From contig OY970168.1 of the NCBI GenBank assembly GCA_963706765.1, positions 2,886,700 through 2,950,699 of the forward strand: a stretch of 64,000 nucleotides of DNA, in the 5' to 3' direction. The notes below the pieces were generated by a model that saw only the letters and a list, made by a program, of their open reading frames with translations, was not told the origin of the DNA and did not search any database. Below, in pieces: positions 28,751-37,926 of the stretch. The translations under genes were made by a program, and so were the position numbers. Every line of letters starts with the position of its first letter. The first letter of the stretch is position 1. Origin of the DNA: an uncultured Solirubrobacterales bacterium. GTDB lineage: Bacteria > Actinomycetota > Thermoleophilia > Solirubrobacterales > Solirubrobacteraceae.

Positions 28751-29638
28751 ATGGCGCAGGCGATCGAGAAGGTGGGAGTGCTCGGGGCGGGCCTGATGGG
28801 GCACGGCATCGCTCAGGTGGCGGCGCGGTCGGGCTATCAGGTGGTGCTGCGCGAGGTCGACGAGCAGGCGCTGCAGCGCGGAGTGGGCAAGATCGAGAAG
28901 CAGCTCGCGCGGGCGGTGGAGAAAGGGAAGTCCAGCCAGGACGAGGCGGACGCGGTGCGCGCGCGCATCAACGGAACTGTTGAGTACGGCGATCTCGCCG
29001 ACTGTGATCTGGTGATCGAGGCGATCACCGAGAGCCTGCCGCTGAAGCTCGAGATGTGGAAGGAGGTCGACGCGATCGTCAAGGCGGAGGCCGTGTTCGC
29101 GACCAACACGTCCTCACTGGCCGTGATCGATCAGGCGGCGGTCACCTCGCGGCCGGGCCAGTTCGTCGGGCTGCATTACTTCAACCCGGCGCAGGTGATG
29201 AAGCTCGTCGAGGTGGTGCGCTGCGTCACCACCGACGACGCGGCCTTTCAGACGGCGCTCGAGTTCGCGCGCTCCGAGGGCAAGCTCGCGATTCCCACCA
29301 GGGATCGGGCGGGCTTCATCGTCAACCGGCTGCTGGTGCCCTACATGCTCGACGCGATTCGCGCGCTCGAAGAAGGCGTCGGCTCGGCAGGCGAGATCGA
29401 CGAGGCGATGAAGGCGGGGGCGGGCCATCCCATGGGTCCGCTCACGCTCGCGGACTTCGTCGGCCTCGACACTCTCGGCTCGATCTGCGACGTGCTGTTC
29501 GACGAGTTTCGCGAGCGACGCTTCGCCAGGCCGCCGACGCTGCGCAAGATGCTCTCGGCCGGATGGTATGGGCGCAAGTCGGGGATCGGCTTCTATGACT
29601 ACTCGGGAGAGGCTGCTGTCGAGAACGCGGGGCTGTGA
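28751..29638 (+). CDS. hbd: 3-hydroxybutyryl-CoA dehydrogenase
   Basis: GAGLMGHG, ATNTSSL, GLHYFNP, GFIVNR, GHPMGPL. Confidence 0.93.
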   Translation: MAQAIEKVGVLGAGLMGHGIAQVAARSGYQVVLREVDEQALQRGVGKIEKQLARAVEKGKSSQDEADAVRARINGTVEYGDLADCDLVIEAITESLPLKLEMWKEVDAIVKAEAVFATNTSSLAVIDQAAVTSRPGQFVGLHYFNPAQVMKLVEVVRCVTTDDAAFQTALEFARSEGKLAIPTRDRAGFIVNRLLVPYMLDAIRALEEGVGSAGEIDEAMKAGAGHPMGPLTLADFVGLDTLGSICDVLFDEFRERRFARPPTLRKMLSAGWYGRKSGIGFYDYSGEAAVENAGL

Positions 29639-29699
29639 GCGGGCTGCGCGCGCGCGGAGCTTCCGCGACGAGCGCCGAGGACGTGGGTAGTGGAGTCTC

Positions 29700-29782
29700 T
29701 TTTTTGAACGGTGTATCGCGATGGTATTAGCGCGGCGCCCGGCTCGTGGATACCATCGTGATACAGCACTTTTTTTGTTCAA
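29700..29782. other. AT-rich long inverted repeat (16-bp stem) flanked by T-tracts; candidate structured RNA or terminator
   Basis: TGTATCGCGATGGTAT (29712-29727) pairs with ATACCATCGTGATACA (29750-29765) with one G.T pair; outer TTGAAC/GTTCAA. Confidence 0.55.
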
Positions 29783-29911
29783 CACGACACACCCCTTCGT
29801 TGAAGACGAACGTCGACATGACTCTGCTCGAGCATCGCAAGCGCTACCCAGGAGACGGCGAGGACCGGCCGGTTCGTATGCGCGCAAGGGGCGACGCGGG
29901 CGGTTGCACAG

Positions 29912-31513
29912 GTGTCTGACCTGGGCGATCCGGGCGACGCCACCGACCTCGGCGACGCCACTGATCCGGGCGACGCCAGCGATCTCGACGACGCCACCGA
30001 TCTGGGCGACGCCACCGCTCAGGCGCTTGCGGGCGGCCCCGAGCGCCACCATGAGAAGGCAGCGGAGCAGGGCAAGCTGCCCGTGCGCGAGCGCATAGCG
30101 CTGCTGCTCGACGATGGCAGCTTCGCGGAGGAGGCGCTGCTCGCGAACTGGCGGGAGGAGGGGCTGGGCGCGGACGGGGTGGTGACCGGGGTCGGCACGC
30201 TCGCCGGCCGGCCGCTGGCGCTGATGGCCAACGACCCGACGGTCAAGGCGGGCTCGTGGGGGCCCAAGACGGTCGAGAAGATCCTGCGCATCCAGGAGCG
30301 CGCGCTCGCGCTGCAGGTGCCGATGGTTTACCTGGTCGACTCGGCCGGCGCGCGGATCACCGATCAGGTGCAGATGTTCCCCGGTCGGCGCGGCGCCGGC
30401 CGGATCTTCTACAACGAGGTGAAGCTCTCGGGGGTGGTGCCCCAGCTGTGCGTCCTGTTCGGTCCCTCGGCCGCCGGCGGCGCCTACATTCCCGCGTTCT
30501 GCGACATCGTGATCATGCGCGAGGGCAACGCATCGATGTATCTGGGCTCGCCGCGGATGGCGCAGATGGTGATCGGCGAGGACGTGACGCTCGAGGAGAT
30601 GGGCGGTGCGAAGATGCACACCGGCGTCAGCGGGTGCGCGCATCAGCTCGTGCGCAGCGACGCCGAGGGCATCGAGCTGGCGCGGAGCTACCTGTCCTAC
30701 ATGCCTGCGAGCTGGGAGCACGCGCCGCCGACCGCAGTCCCGTCTCGGCCAGCCGCGGGACCGCCGATCGGCGAGCTGATCCCCGCCGATGAGAACAAGC
30801 CGTTCGACATCAAGACGCTGATCGAGGCGATCATCGACGAGGACTCGCTGCTCGAGGTCCAGCCGCGCTTCGCGCGCGAGCTGGTGGTTGGTTATGCGCG
30901 GCTCGAGGGCGAGACGATCGGGATCGTCGCCAACCAGCCCAAGCACAAGGGCGGAGTCCTGTTCGGCGACTCGGCTGACAAGGCCGCGCGGTTCATCTGG
31001 ACGTGCAACGCATTCAACGTCCCGCTGCTGTTCCTCGCCGATGTGCCCGGCTTCATGATCGGAACGCAGGTCGAGCGCGAAGGCATCATCAGGCACGGAG
31101 CCAAGATGATCAGCGCCGTCAGCGAAGCGACCGTGGCGAAGATCTCGGTGATCGTGCGCAAGGCCTACGGCGCCGGCCTGTATGCGATGGCGGGCCCGGC
31201 GTTCGAGCCCGACAGCTGCCTGGCGCTGCCGAGCGCCTCGATCGCGGTGATGGGTCCGCAGGCGGCGATCAACGCCGTCTACTACAACCAGCTGCAGTCG
31301 ATCGCCGACCCCGACGAGCGGGCGGCGAAGACCGAGCAGCTGCGCAGCGAGTATGCGCGCGACATCGACATCCTGCACCTCGCCTCCGAGCTCGTGATCG
31401 ACGCGGTGATCGAGCCCGAGCGACTGCGCGGGGAGCTCGTCACGCGCTTCGCCCATGCACGCGCCAAGCGCCGCGATTGGCCCGCCAAGCGCAATCCGGT
31501 CACACCGGTCTGA
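29912..31513 (+). CDS. Acyl-CoA carboxylase carboxyltransferase (beta) subunit
   Basis: DSAGARI, SAAGGAY, EEMGG, DVPGFMIG, KAYGAG; N-terminal DLGDAT repeats. Confidence 0.94.
   Translation: MSDLGDPGDATDLGDATDPGDASDLDDATDLGDATAQALAGGPERHHEKAAEQGKLPVRERIALLLDDGSFAEEALLANWREEGLGADGVVTGVGTLAGRPLALMANDPTVKAGSWGPKTVEKILRIQERALALQVPMVYLVDSAGARITDQVQMFPGRRGAGRIFYNEVKLSGVVPQLCVLFGPSAAGGAYIPAFCDIVIMREGNASMYLGSPRMAQMVIGEDVTLEEMGGAKMHTGVSGCAHQLVRSDAEGIELARSYLSYMPASWEHAPPTAVPSRPAAGPPIGELIPADENKPFDIKTLIEAIIDEDSLLEVQPRFARELVVGYARLEGETIGIVANQPKHKGGVLFGDSADKAARFIWTCNAFNVPLLFLADVPGFMIGTQVEREGIIRHGAKMISAVSEATVAKISVIVRKAYGAGLYAMAGPAFEPDSCLALPSASIAVMGPQAAINAVYYNQLQSIADPDERAAKTEQLRSEYARDIDILHLASELVIDAVIEPERLRGELVTRFAHARAKRRDWPAKRNPVTPV
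29927..30016 (+). repeat. In-frame 18-bp degenerate repeat x5 encoding D(L/P)(G/D)DA(T/S)
   Basis: Five consecutive GA(T/C)nnnGnCGACGCCAnn units at the 5' end of the carboxyltransferase. Confidence 0.85.
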
Positions 31514-31586
31514 GCCGGCCGCGCTCCGATCACGACGCCGGTCTCTGCTTCGGCCGGCGCCGCGACGAGTCCTCGGAAGGGCCGGT

Positions 31587-32210
31587 CTAGGAAGGCGAGG
31601 GCTGGGGCGGAAGCGGCCCGCTCGGCGTGCCGGCGGCGCGCGTCTGCTCGTCCTGGAACGGAGGGTAGGTCTCGGTCAGGAGGTACAGGTAGGCATCCGA
31701 GCGCGCGATGTAGGAGTTCGCGAGCACCATCAGGTCGAACAGGCCCCGCGGGAGCTTGCCCGTGATCACGATCACGAACCAGGCGCCGATCGCGCCGATC
31801 TCGAGCATCAGCGTCATCACGTAACGGACGATCGCGATCGGGATCGCGAGGATGATGCGGAATAGCGTCTTCCAGCGGTTGTAACTCTCGAGCGGCTCGA
31901 AGTCCATGCGGACCGAATAGTCGGGGTCCGCGGAGCCGACGAACGGTGGATAGGCGTCGGAGAGAAGCACCGTGTAGGCGGTGAAGCGCGCCAAGAAGCG
32001 CGTGAAGTCCGACACGAAGTCGTACAGGCCCCTTGGGTAGCGACCCGTGATCACGATGGCGAACCAGGCGATGACGATCGCGATCGAGGCAACCAGGCCA
32101 TACAGGTAGAGCCAGATCGCAAGCGGTATCGCGAGGATCAGGCGGAAGAACGCCGTGAGGCGGTTTCGAGGCTCGAGATAGTCCGCCTCGAACGTGACTG
32201 GATAGGACAC
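31587..32210 (-). CDS. DUF4389-type membrane protein
   Basis: Two internal repeats, RLILAIP...ITGRYPRGLYDF...AYTVLLSDAYPPF and RIILAIP...YLYLLTETYPPF. Confidence 0.85.
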   Translation of the reverse strand: MSYPVTFEADYLEPRNRLTAFFRLILAIPLAIWLYLYGLVASIAIVIAWFAIVITGRYPRGLYDFVSDFTRFLARFTAYTVLLSDAYPPFVGSADPDYSVRMDFEPLESYNRWKTLFRIILAIPIAIVRYVMTLMLEIGAIGAWFVIVITGKLPRGLFDLMVLANSYIARSDAYLYLLTETYPPFQDEQTRAAGTPSGPLPPQPSPS

Positions 32211-32305
32211 GAGAGATCCCCCTTGGTCGTACGTGCCGCCAAAGAGCGGCTTCTTGCCTTGACACCCATCGTAGGTAGGTGTCGATCGAATACATTGCCG
32301 GCGCG

Positions 32306-33685
32306 ATGAATGCAACCGATCTCGCATACGCCGGAATCGCCAGACAGGCCCAGCTGGTGGCGGCGGGCGAGGTCAGCTCGCGCGAGCTGCTGGACGTATA
32401 TCTGACTCGGATCGAGCGCCACGAGCCGCGGCTGAACGCGTTTCGGGTCGTGTTCTCCGAGCGCGCGCGGCTCGAAGCCGACCAGGCCGACGCCCGCCGC
32501 GGCGCAGGGGACGAGCGTCCGCTGCTCGGCGTTCCGATCGCGGTCAAGGACGATGTCGACGTCGCGGGTGAGCTGACGAGCTTCGGCACCAACGCGCAGG
32601 ATCGGCCAGCGCGGGCGGACTCCGAGTTGGTGCGCCGGCTGCGCGAGGCGGGCGCGGTGATCATCGGCAAGACGAACGTCCCCGAGCTCACGCTATGGCC
32701 GTTCACCGAGACAGCGACGTTCGGCGCGACCCGCAACCCCTGGGACGAGCAGCGTGCCCCCGGGGGCTCGAGCGGTGGCAGCGCCGCGGCGGTGGCGGCG
32801 GGTCTGGTGGGGGCTGCGATCGGCTCCGACGGCGCCGGTTCGATACGCATTCCCGCGGCGTGGTGCGGACTGTTCGGGCTGAAGCCCCAGCGCGGACGCG
32901 TGCCGACCGCCCCGCGCGAGCGGCCGTGGCACGGCCTGACGGTCAACGGCGTGCTGAGCCGCAGGGTGCTCGACACGGCGCTGTTCCACGACGCGATCGC
33001 CGGCGAGCGATCGTTTCGGCAGGCAGCCGCCAATCGCCCCGGCGCGCTGCGGATCGCCTACTCGACGCGAGTCCCGCTCGGCGTCGTATCGAGGCTCGAC
33101 GCCGATAACAGGCGCGCGCTGCTGGAGACTGTCGAGCTGCTGCGCTCGCTCGGACATTCGCTGAGCGAGTGCGATCCCGACTACGGCGTCGACGCGATCC
33201 CGGCGGTGCTGGTGCGCTACCTGCGCGGAGCCCGAGACGATGCGCGGACGCTGGAACATCCGCAGCGCTTGGAACGGCGCACCCGCGCGATGGCGCGGCT
33301 CGGAGAGCTGATCCCGCCTGCGCTGCTCGATCGTGCTCTGGCGAGCGAGGCGGCCTTCACGGCCAGGCTCGGTGCGGTGTTCGAGGATCACGATGTCCTG
33401 CTGACGCCGGCAACCGCGTCTTCGCCACCGCGAATCGGGCGCTTTCAGGGACGCGGCGCGCTCTGGACCCTGAACGTGGTCGGGGGCATGGTGCCCTACA
33501 ACGGCGTCTGGAACGTGACCGGCCAGCCGGCCGCGTCGGTTCCAGCGGGCTTTGGCGGCGACGGCTTGCCGCGGGCCGTCCAGCTGGTGGGGCGCAGCGA
33601 CGACGAGGTGACGCTGCTTGCGCTGGCGGCTCAGCTGGAAGCAGAGCGCTCGTGGTCTGCCCAGCGTCCCCCCGGGTTCTCGTGA
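32306..33685 (+). CDS. Amidase (amidase-signature family)
   Basis: VKD, GKTNVPE, PGGSSGGS, GSDGAGSIRIP. Confidence 0.95.
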   Translation: MNATDLAYAGIARQAQLVAAGEVSSRELLDVYLTRIERHEPRLNAFRVVFSERARLEADQADARRGAGDERPLLGVPIAVKDDVDVAGELTSFGTNAQDRPARADSELVRRLREAGAVIIGKTNVPELTLWPFTETATFGATRNPWDEQRAPGGSSGGSAAAVAAGLVGAAIGSDGAGSIRIPAAWCGLFGLKPQRGRVPTAPRERPWHGLTVNGVLSRRVLDTALFHDAIAGERSFRQAAANRPGALRIAYSTRVPLGVVSRLDADNRRALLETVELLRSLGHSLSECDPDYGVDAIPAVLVRYLRGARDDARTLEHPQRLERRTRAMARLGELIPPALLDRALASEAAFTARLGAVFEDHDVLLTPATASSPPRIGRFQGRGALWTLNVVGGMVPYNGVWNVTGQPAASVPAGFGGDGLPRAVQLVGRSDDEVTLLALAAQLEAERSWSAQRPPGFS

Positions 33686-34530
33686 GCGAGGACCAGCAGG
33701 CGCTGCTCGAGCTCGCGGTGCAGGCGGCTCGGATGGCGGGCGAGCTGCTGATCGAGCGCGCCCAGCGAGGCTCCGAGCGCCAGGTGCAGAGCAAGAGCAC
33801 GCCGACCGATCTCGTCAGCGAGGCGGACGTCGCCTCCCAGGAGGCGATCCGCGGCTTGCTCGCTGCTCACCGTCCCGCGGACGGCTTCGTCGGTGAGGAG
33901 GAGGGGGTCGCGCTGCAGGGGACCAGCGGTCTCAGCTGGGTCGTCGACCCGCTCGACGGCACCGTCAACTTCCTGTTCGGAATTCCCCATTGGAGCGTCA
34001 GCGTGGCGGTGCGCGATGACACGGGCTGGTTGGCGGGGGCGGTGTACGACCCCAACCGTGACGAGCTCTTCGCGGCCACGCGCGACGGGCCCGCGGTGCT
34101 GCGGAGCGCGCTCGGCGCCGTCGAGCTGGCACGGGAGCGAGCGGATGTCGCAGCGCATCGTCGCCGAGGGCCCGATGCGAGCGGCGAGGACTCTGCTCTC
34201 GCCGGCGCGATGGTTGCCACCGGCCTGGCCTACGACGCCGAGGTGCGCGCCGCGCAGGCGGGCGTGCTCGCGCGTCTGATCCCGCGCGTGCGCGACATCC
34301 GGCGCTTCGGCAGCGCGGCCCTGGACCTCGCCTGGACGGCGGCGGGACGCTACGACGCGTACTTCGAGCGCACGGTCAAGCAGTGGGACATCGCGGCCGG
34401 CGTGCTCGTGTGCGAACGCGCAGGATTGCGCGTGCTGGAGCTGCCCGAGCACGAGCACCTGCCGTGGGGAATCCTGGTCGCGAGCCCCGAGCAGGCCGAG
34501 CCCCTGCACCGGCTCGTGGCCGGGCCCTGA
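33682..34530 (+). CDS. Inositol monophosphatase family protein
   Basis: DLVSEAD, GEE, WVVDPLDGTVNF, WDIAAG. Confidence 0.93.
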   Translation: MSEDQQALLELAVQAARMAGELLIERAQRGSERQVQSKSTPTDLVSEADVASQEAIRGLLAAHRPADGFVGEEEGVALQGTSGLSWVVDPLDGTVNFLFGIPHWSVSVAVRDDTGWLAGAVYDPNRDELFAATRDGPAVLRSALGAVELARERADVAAHRRRGPDASGEDSALAGAMVATGLAYDAEVRAAQAGVLARLIPRVRDIRRFGSAALDLAWTAAGRYDAYFERTVKQWDIAAGVLVCERAGLRVLELPEHEHLPWGILVASPEQAEPLHRLVAGP

Positions 34531-34567
34531 CGGCGGCGCTCGGTCGCTGGCCGCCGATCGGCCACAG

Positions 34568-34650
34568 TGCGGCGGGTGGGATTCGAACCCACACGCCCTT
34601 GCGGACAAGGCCTTTTGAGGGCCTCGCGTCTACCGTTCCGCCACCGCCGC
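34568..34650 (-). tRNA. tRNA-Leu(CAA)
   Basis: Cloverleaf: GCGGCGG acceptor, AGGCC-CTCAAAA-GGCCT anticodon arm, long variable arm, GGTTCGAAT; no encoded CCA. Confidence 0.95.
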
Positions 34651-34732
34651 GCATGGGAGCCCAAATATATAGGCGCGGCCCGGCGCGCCTGAAGCGTGTC
34701 CCGGACGCCGTGACCCGGGCGCCCCCGACGAC

Positions 34733-35284
34733 CTAGGCGGGGGTGCCCTGGGCGCCCGCGTAGGCTCCGCCGGCGCCCGCGTAAGGGCCGCCCGCGCTGG
34801 CAGCCGGCCGCTCGAGCTCGACATTCCAGCCCTGGGAGAAGCCGCGCATCGCGAACGCGATCAAGAGCATCTGCACGGGGACGATCAGCAGCGTGATGAC
34901 CCCCAGCAGGCCGGCGTTGAGGGCCGGCTGCTCGAATCCGGTTTTGTCGCGATTGAACCAGGCCGGCCCTGCGACGAGGGCGAACACCAGCAGCAGCACC
35001 GCAAGCGCCGCCGATATCGGCAGCACGCCGCGGTTCCAGCGCGTCGCGAAGAACGCAAGCACGAGGTAGACGATGATGAACCCCACCTGGATGATCCAGG
35101 CGCCCTCGAGCACCTTCCAGCCGCCGACGGTCACGATCAGGACGAGCGCGGCGGAGACGAGCAGCAGCAGGACCACGGTCGCCCGGGTCGCCTGAACGAC
35201 GGGCTTGTCACGGTTGGGATGCGTGATCACGACAGGCCCCGAGGGCAGGTCGGACTCTGCGGGTGTGCGGCCACGTGAAGCCAT
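34733..35284 (-). CDS. Hypothetical membrane protein (about 4 TM)
   Basis: Four hydrophobic segments; lies between the two tRNA-Leu genes. Confidence 0.75.
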   Translation of the reverse strand: MASRGRTPAESDLPSGPVVITHPNRDKPVVQATRATVVLLLLVSAALVLIVTVGGWKVLEGAWIIQVGFIIVYLVLAFFATRWNRGVLPISAALAVLLLVFALVAGPAWFNRDKTGFEQPALNAGLLGVITLLIVPVQMLLIAFAMRGFSQGWNVELERPAASAGGPYAGAGGAYAGAQGTPA

Positions 35285-35348
35285 CGCAATCGATGACCAT
35301 ACAATCTCTGGCGGCCTTCGTGTGCATCCGCACGCGCCTTGGCCCGTT

Positions 35349-35432
35349 GCGCGCGTGGTGGAATCGGTAGACACGCCGGCCTTAGGAGCCGGTGGGCGTA
35401 AGCCCATGGGGGTTCAAGTCCCTCCGCGCGCA
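35349..35432 (+). tRNA. tRNA-Leu(TAG)
   Basis: GCGCGCG acceptor, CCGGC-CTTAGGA-GCCGG anticodon arm, long variable arm, GGTTCAAGT; no encoded CCA. Confidence 0.95.
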
Positions 35433-35637
35433 CCTGGGGCGCCGAACGCCAGGAGGCGCCAAGCGATGCGCCCCCGAGCGGCCCCCGAGTGAGCCCATCG
35501 ATCGTGAGGGAGCCCGGCGCAGGCGATCGAACCGCGCGGGCCCGCGCGCGGAGCCTGCGCGGCACGTTGGGTCGGGGCGGAGGTCGTTTCCGCAACCCGA
35601 CCAGGGGCGTCGGCTGCACGAGGCGCGAGCGGCTCGG

Positions 35638-37926
35638 CTATTCGCTGAAGTTGCTCGGTGGCGCGGTCACGCGCTCGAGTTTCCAGGTGGTGCTGGTCGG
35701 CGTCAGGAAGCTCGGCGGCTGTTTGTTGAGCAGCCGTTCGTCGTAGTTGTAGTTCTTTAGATAGCCGTGTCCGGCCGCGGTGCCGACAGGGCCACGCCAG
35801 TACTGCGCAATCGACCCCCACACGGTCAGTTTGCCTAGTTTTGCGCCGCACTGGTAGTTGTCGACGATGAACGAGTGGTGCGTGCTGAGGATCGCAGCGT
35901 CGATGATCGGTTCGCTCAGCGCGGTGCCAAGTTCGTTCGGGTCTCCGTTTTCCGCGTTTTCAGCGTCGCATTTCCCGGGTTTGTCTTCGTATTCGCATTT
36001 GCCTTCGCCGAGATACTGGTCGGAGTTGGCGCAAGCACCGCACTTTTTTTCGCTGGCGCTGAATTCGCTTTCTTTGCATTTCCCGCATTTGCCTTCTCCG
36101 AAGTACTGGTACCCGGCCGTGCAGCTCGTCTTGGCGCACTTTTTTTCACCAGACCGGTATTCGTAGCCCGATTCGCACGTTGTACTGATGCATTCTCCAG
36201 TTCCGGAGTTGAACGTGTATCCGCTGTTGCAGGTCGTGCTCAGGCATTTCTTGCTGCTTTCGATGTATTCATAACCGGTGTTGCATTTCGCACATTTGCC
36301 TTCGCCGAAATAGGTCGTCCCGGTCGCACACGAGGTTGAGCCGCACTTTTTTTCGCTCGAGATGTATTCATAACCGGTGTTGCATTTGGCGCATTTGCCT
36401 TCGCCGAAGTACGTGCCACTGGAGCACGTCTTGCTGTAGCAGGTGCCCCCGTACGATTCGTATTGGCTACTCGGGGAGCACGAGCCTTTGGATTTCGTCA
36501 CGGTCTGCGTCGACAGCGTCGGCGTCAGTCGTGTGGGCGGGGTTGAGGTCGAGAGCGTCGGTTCGACGCTCGTCGGGATGTAGCTGGCCGGATTCTTGGT
36601 TTCGCTGGGTGAGAGGGTGGGAAGATACGGAGTGGTCGTCAATTCGACTGGGTGATATAGCCGTACGAAGTTCGTCGCGATCAAGCCGAGCGTAGCCGCA
36701 CCTTCGGGTTCTCCAGCCGACGTACCGCCGACCGTCGTCGTCGTTATGTTGCCATTGATGATCACGTCGTTTTCAGCCGCTATCGTCAGCGATTCCGTGT
36801 ATGTCCCGCTGACGTAGACGTTTCCGCACCCCGTGTCGCCAGCGTAGTTCGAGTTGAACGGCGTGTAGGTGATGCCGCAGCCAATGGCAGAGTTGTTTGC
36901 GACGTAGATTATGCCGCTCGCGGGGAAGTTTTTCGTTTCCGGCGCGGACGCGCCAGCGCTGGTGAATTTGGTGATGGTGATCGTGTTCGGCGTACCGGAG
37001 TGAAGCACCAGCTCGGTCTTGCCAGTGAACGTGTAGCCCGCGATTTCCGAGAGTTCGCTGTCGGTTTCGGGGGGGTTGAGTTCTTCGCCATTTTCTGTGT
37101 ATACGCCATTGTTGTTGTAGCTGTTGCTGCAACCGCCTGCGGCGTAGGTGCCGCCATTGATTTCGATTTTGTCTTTTTTGCCGGGACGTCCGAATGTCGG
37201 TTTGGAGCCAGAAGTACCGCACACCTCGGAGGCGTCATCGGTGTGAAGCGGGCCTTTGACTTCGTCTTCGGACGCAAACTCGATCGGGATGCACCATTCC
37301 GACAGGTACTTTGTTTTGCCGTTGAAGGTGTATTTCGTCGTTTTACGCGTCGCGTAGAACTGTTCACACTCTGCCGTGGGCAGCGCTTCGGACGCTGGGA
37401 AGTCGGCTGGATCCTCGACCTCGTAGCGGGTGAAGTAGACGTAGTTGAGGAAACCGGGGTGATCGAACGTGGCCACGAGCGTGCGCGTCTCGTTGCCGGA
37501 GGTCCCGGTCGACTCGATGCGGAATGTGCCCGAAGCGGAGCTCGAGCTGCCCTCGATGATCGCGTACTGTTTCTTTTCCTTGCACTGGGCTTCGGTGTAG
37601 CCGGTCGAGTGCAGCGTCTTGACGGCGTAGCTCTCGTCGCTCGTCTGTGGTACGGCGGTTTTTTCGATCGCGGGGCACGAGGACCAGTAGTTCGGTTCCT
37701 TGTTGAGGTGGTACTTGTACGCCGAGATGCCAGCCAGCGCCGCGTAGTAGGCCTTCTTCTGTTCGGTATCTGTCTTGGTCAGGCGCACGTCGTCGTTCGT
37801 CGCGATGAAGATTGCGGCAACTATGAGAGAGGTGATGAACATGACCATCAGCGCGATGATCATCGTGAACCCGCGCTCGTCGCGGGCGCGGCGTCGGAGC
37901 CGATCGATTAGGCTTGTCATTCGCAT
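35638..37926 (-). CDS. PilX-like type IV minor pilin / pilus tip protein with Cys-rich insertion
   Basis: Class III signal RDERG|FTMIIALMVMF (no Glu5, typical of PilX), FRIESTG...RTLVATF alpha/beta region, C-terminal GSIAQYWRGPVG...YNYDERL. Confidence 0.85.
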   Translation of the reverse strand: MRMTSLIDRLRRRARDERGFTMIIALMVMFITSLIVAAIFIATNDDVRLTKTDTEQKKAYYAALAGISAYKYHLNKEPNYWSSCPAIEKTAVPQTSDESYAVKTLHSTGYTEAQCKEKKQYAIIEGSSSSASGTFRIESTGTSGNETRTLVATFDHPGFLNYVYFTRYEVEDPADFPASEALPTAECEQFYATRKTTKYTFNGKTKYLSEWCIPIEFASEDEVKGPLHTDDASEVCGTSGSKPTFGRPGKKDKIEINGGTYAAGGCSNSYNNNGVYTENGEELNPPETDSELSEIAGYTFTGKTELVLHSGTPNTITITKFTSAGASAPETKNFPASGIIYVANNSAIGCGITYTPFNSNYAGDTGCGNVYVSGTYTESLTIAAENDVIINGNITTTTVGGTSAGEPEGAATLGLIATNFVRLYHPVELTTTPYLPTLSPSETKNPASYIPTSVEPTLSTSTPPTRLTPTLSTQTVTKSKGSCSPSSQYESYGGTCYSKTCSSGTYFGEGKCAKCNTGYEYISSEKKCGSTSCATGTTYFGEGKCAKCNTGYEYIESSKKCLSTTCNSGYTFNSGTGECISTTCESGYEYRSGEKKCAKTSCTAGYQYFGEGKCGKCKESEFSASEKKCGACANSDQYLGEGKCEYEDKPGKCDAENAENGDPNELGTALSEPIIDAAILSTHHSFIVDNYQCGAKLGKLTVWGSIAQYWRGPVGTAAGHGYLKNYNYDERLLNKQPPSFLTPTSTTWKLERVTAPPSNFSE

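Noticed and set aside
29114-31456. 780-aa minus-strand ORF
   Set aside because: Antisense shadow of hbd and the carboxyltransferase.
24042-31513. A single leucine/terpene degradation operon
   Set aside because: The genes are individually recognisable but are split by strand changes and an unrelated secreted protein, and the biotin carboxylase and acyl-CoA dehydrogenase are absent, so a pathway cannot be assigned.
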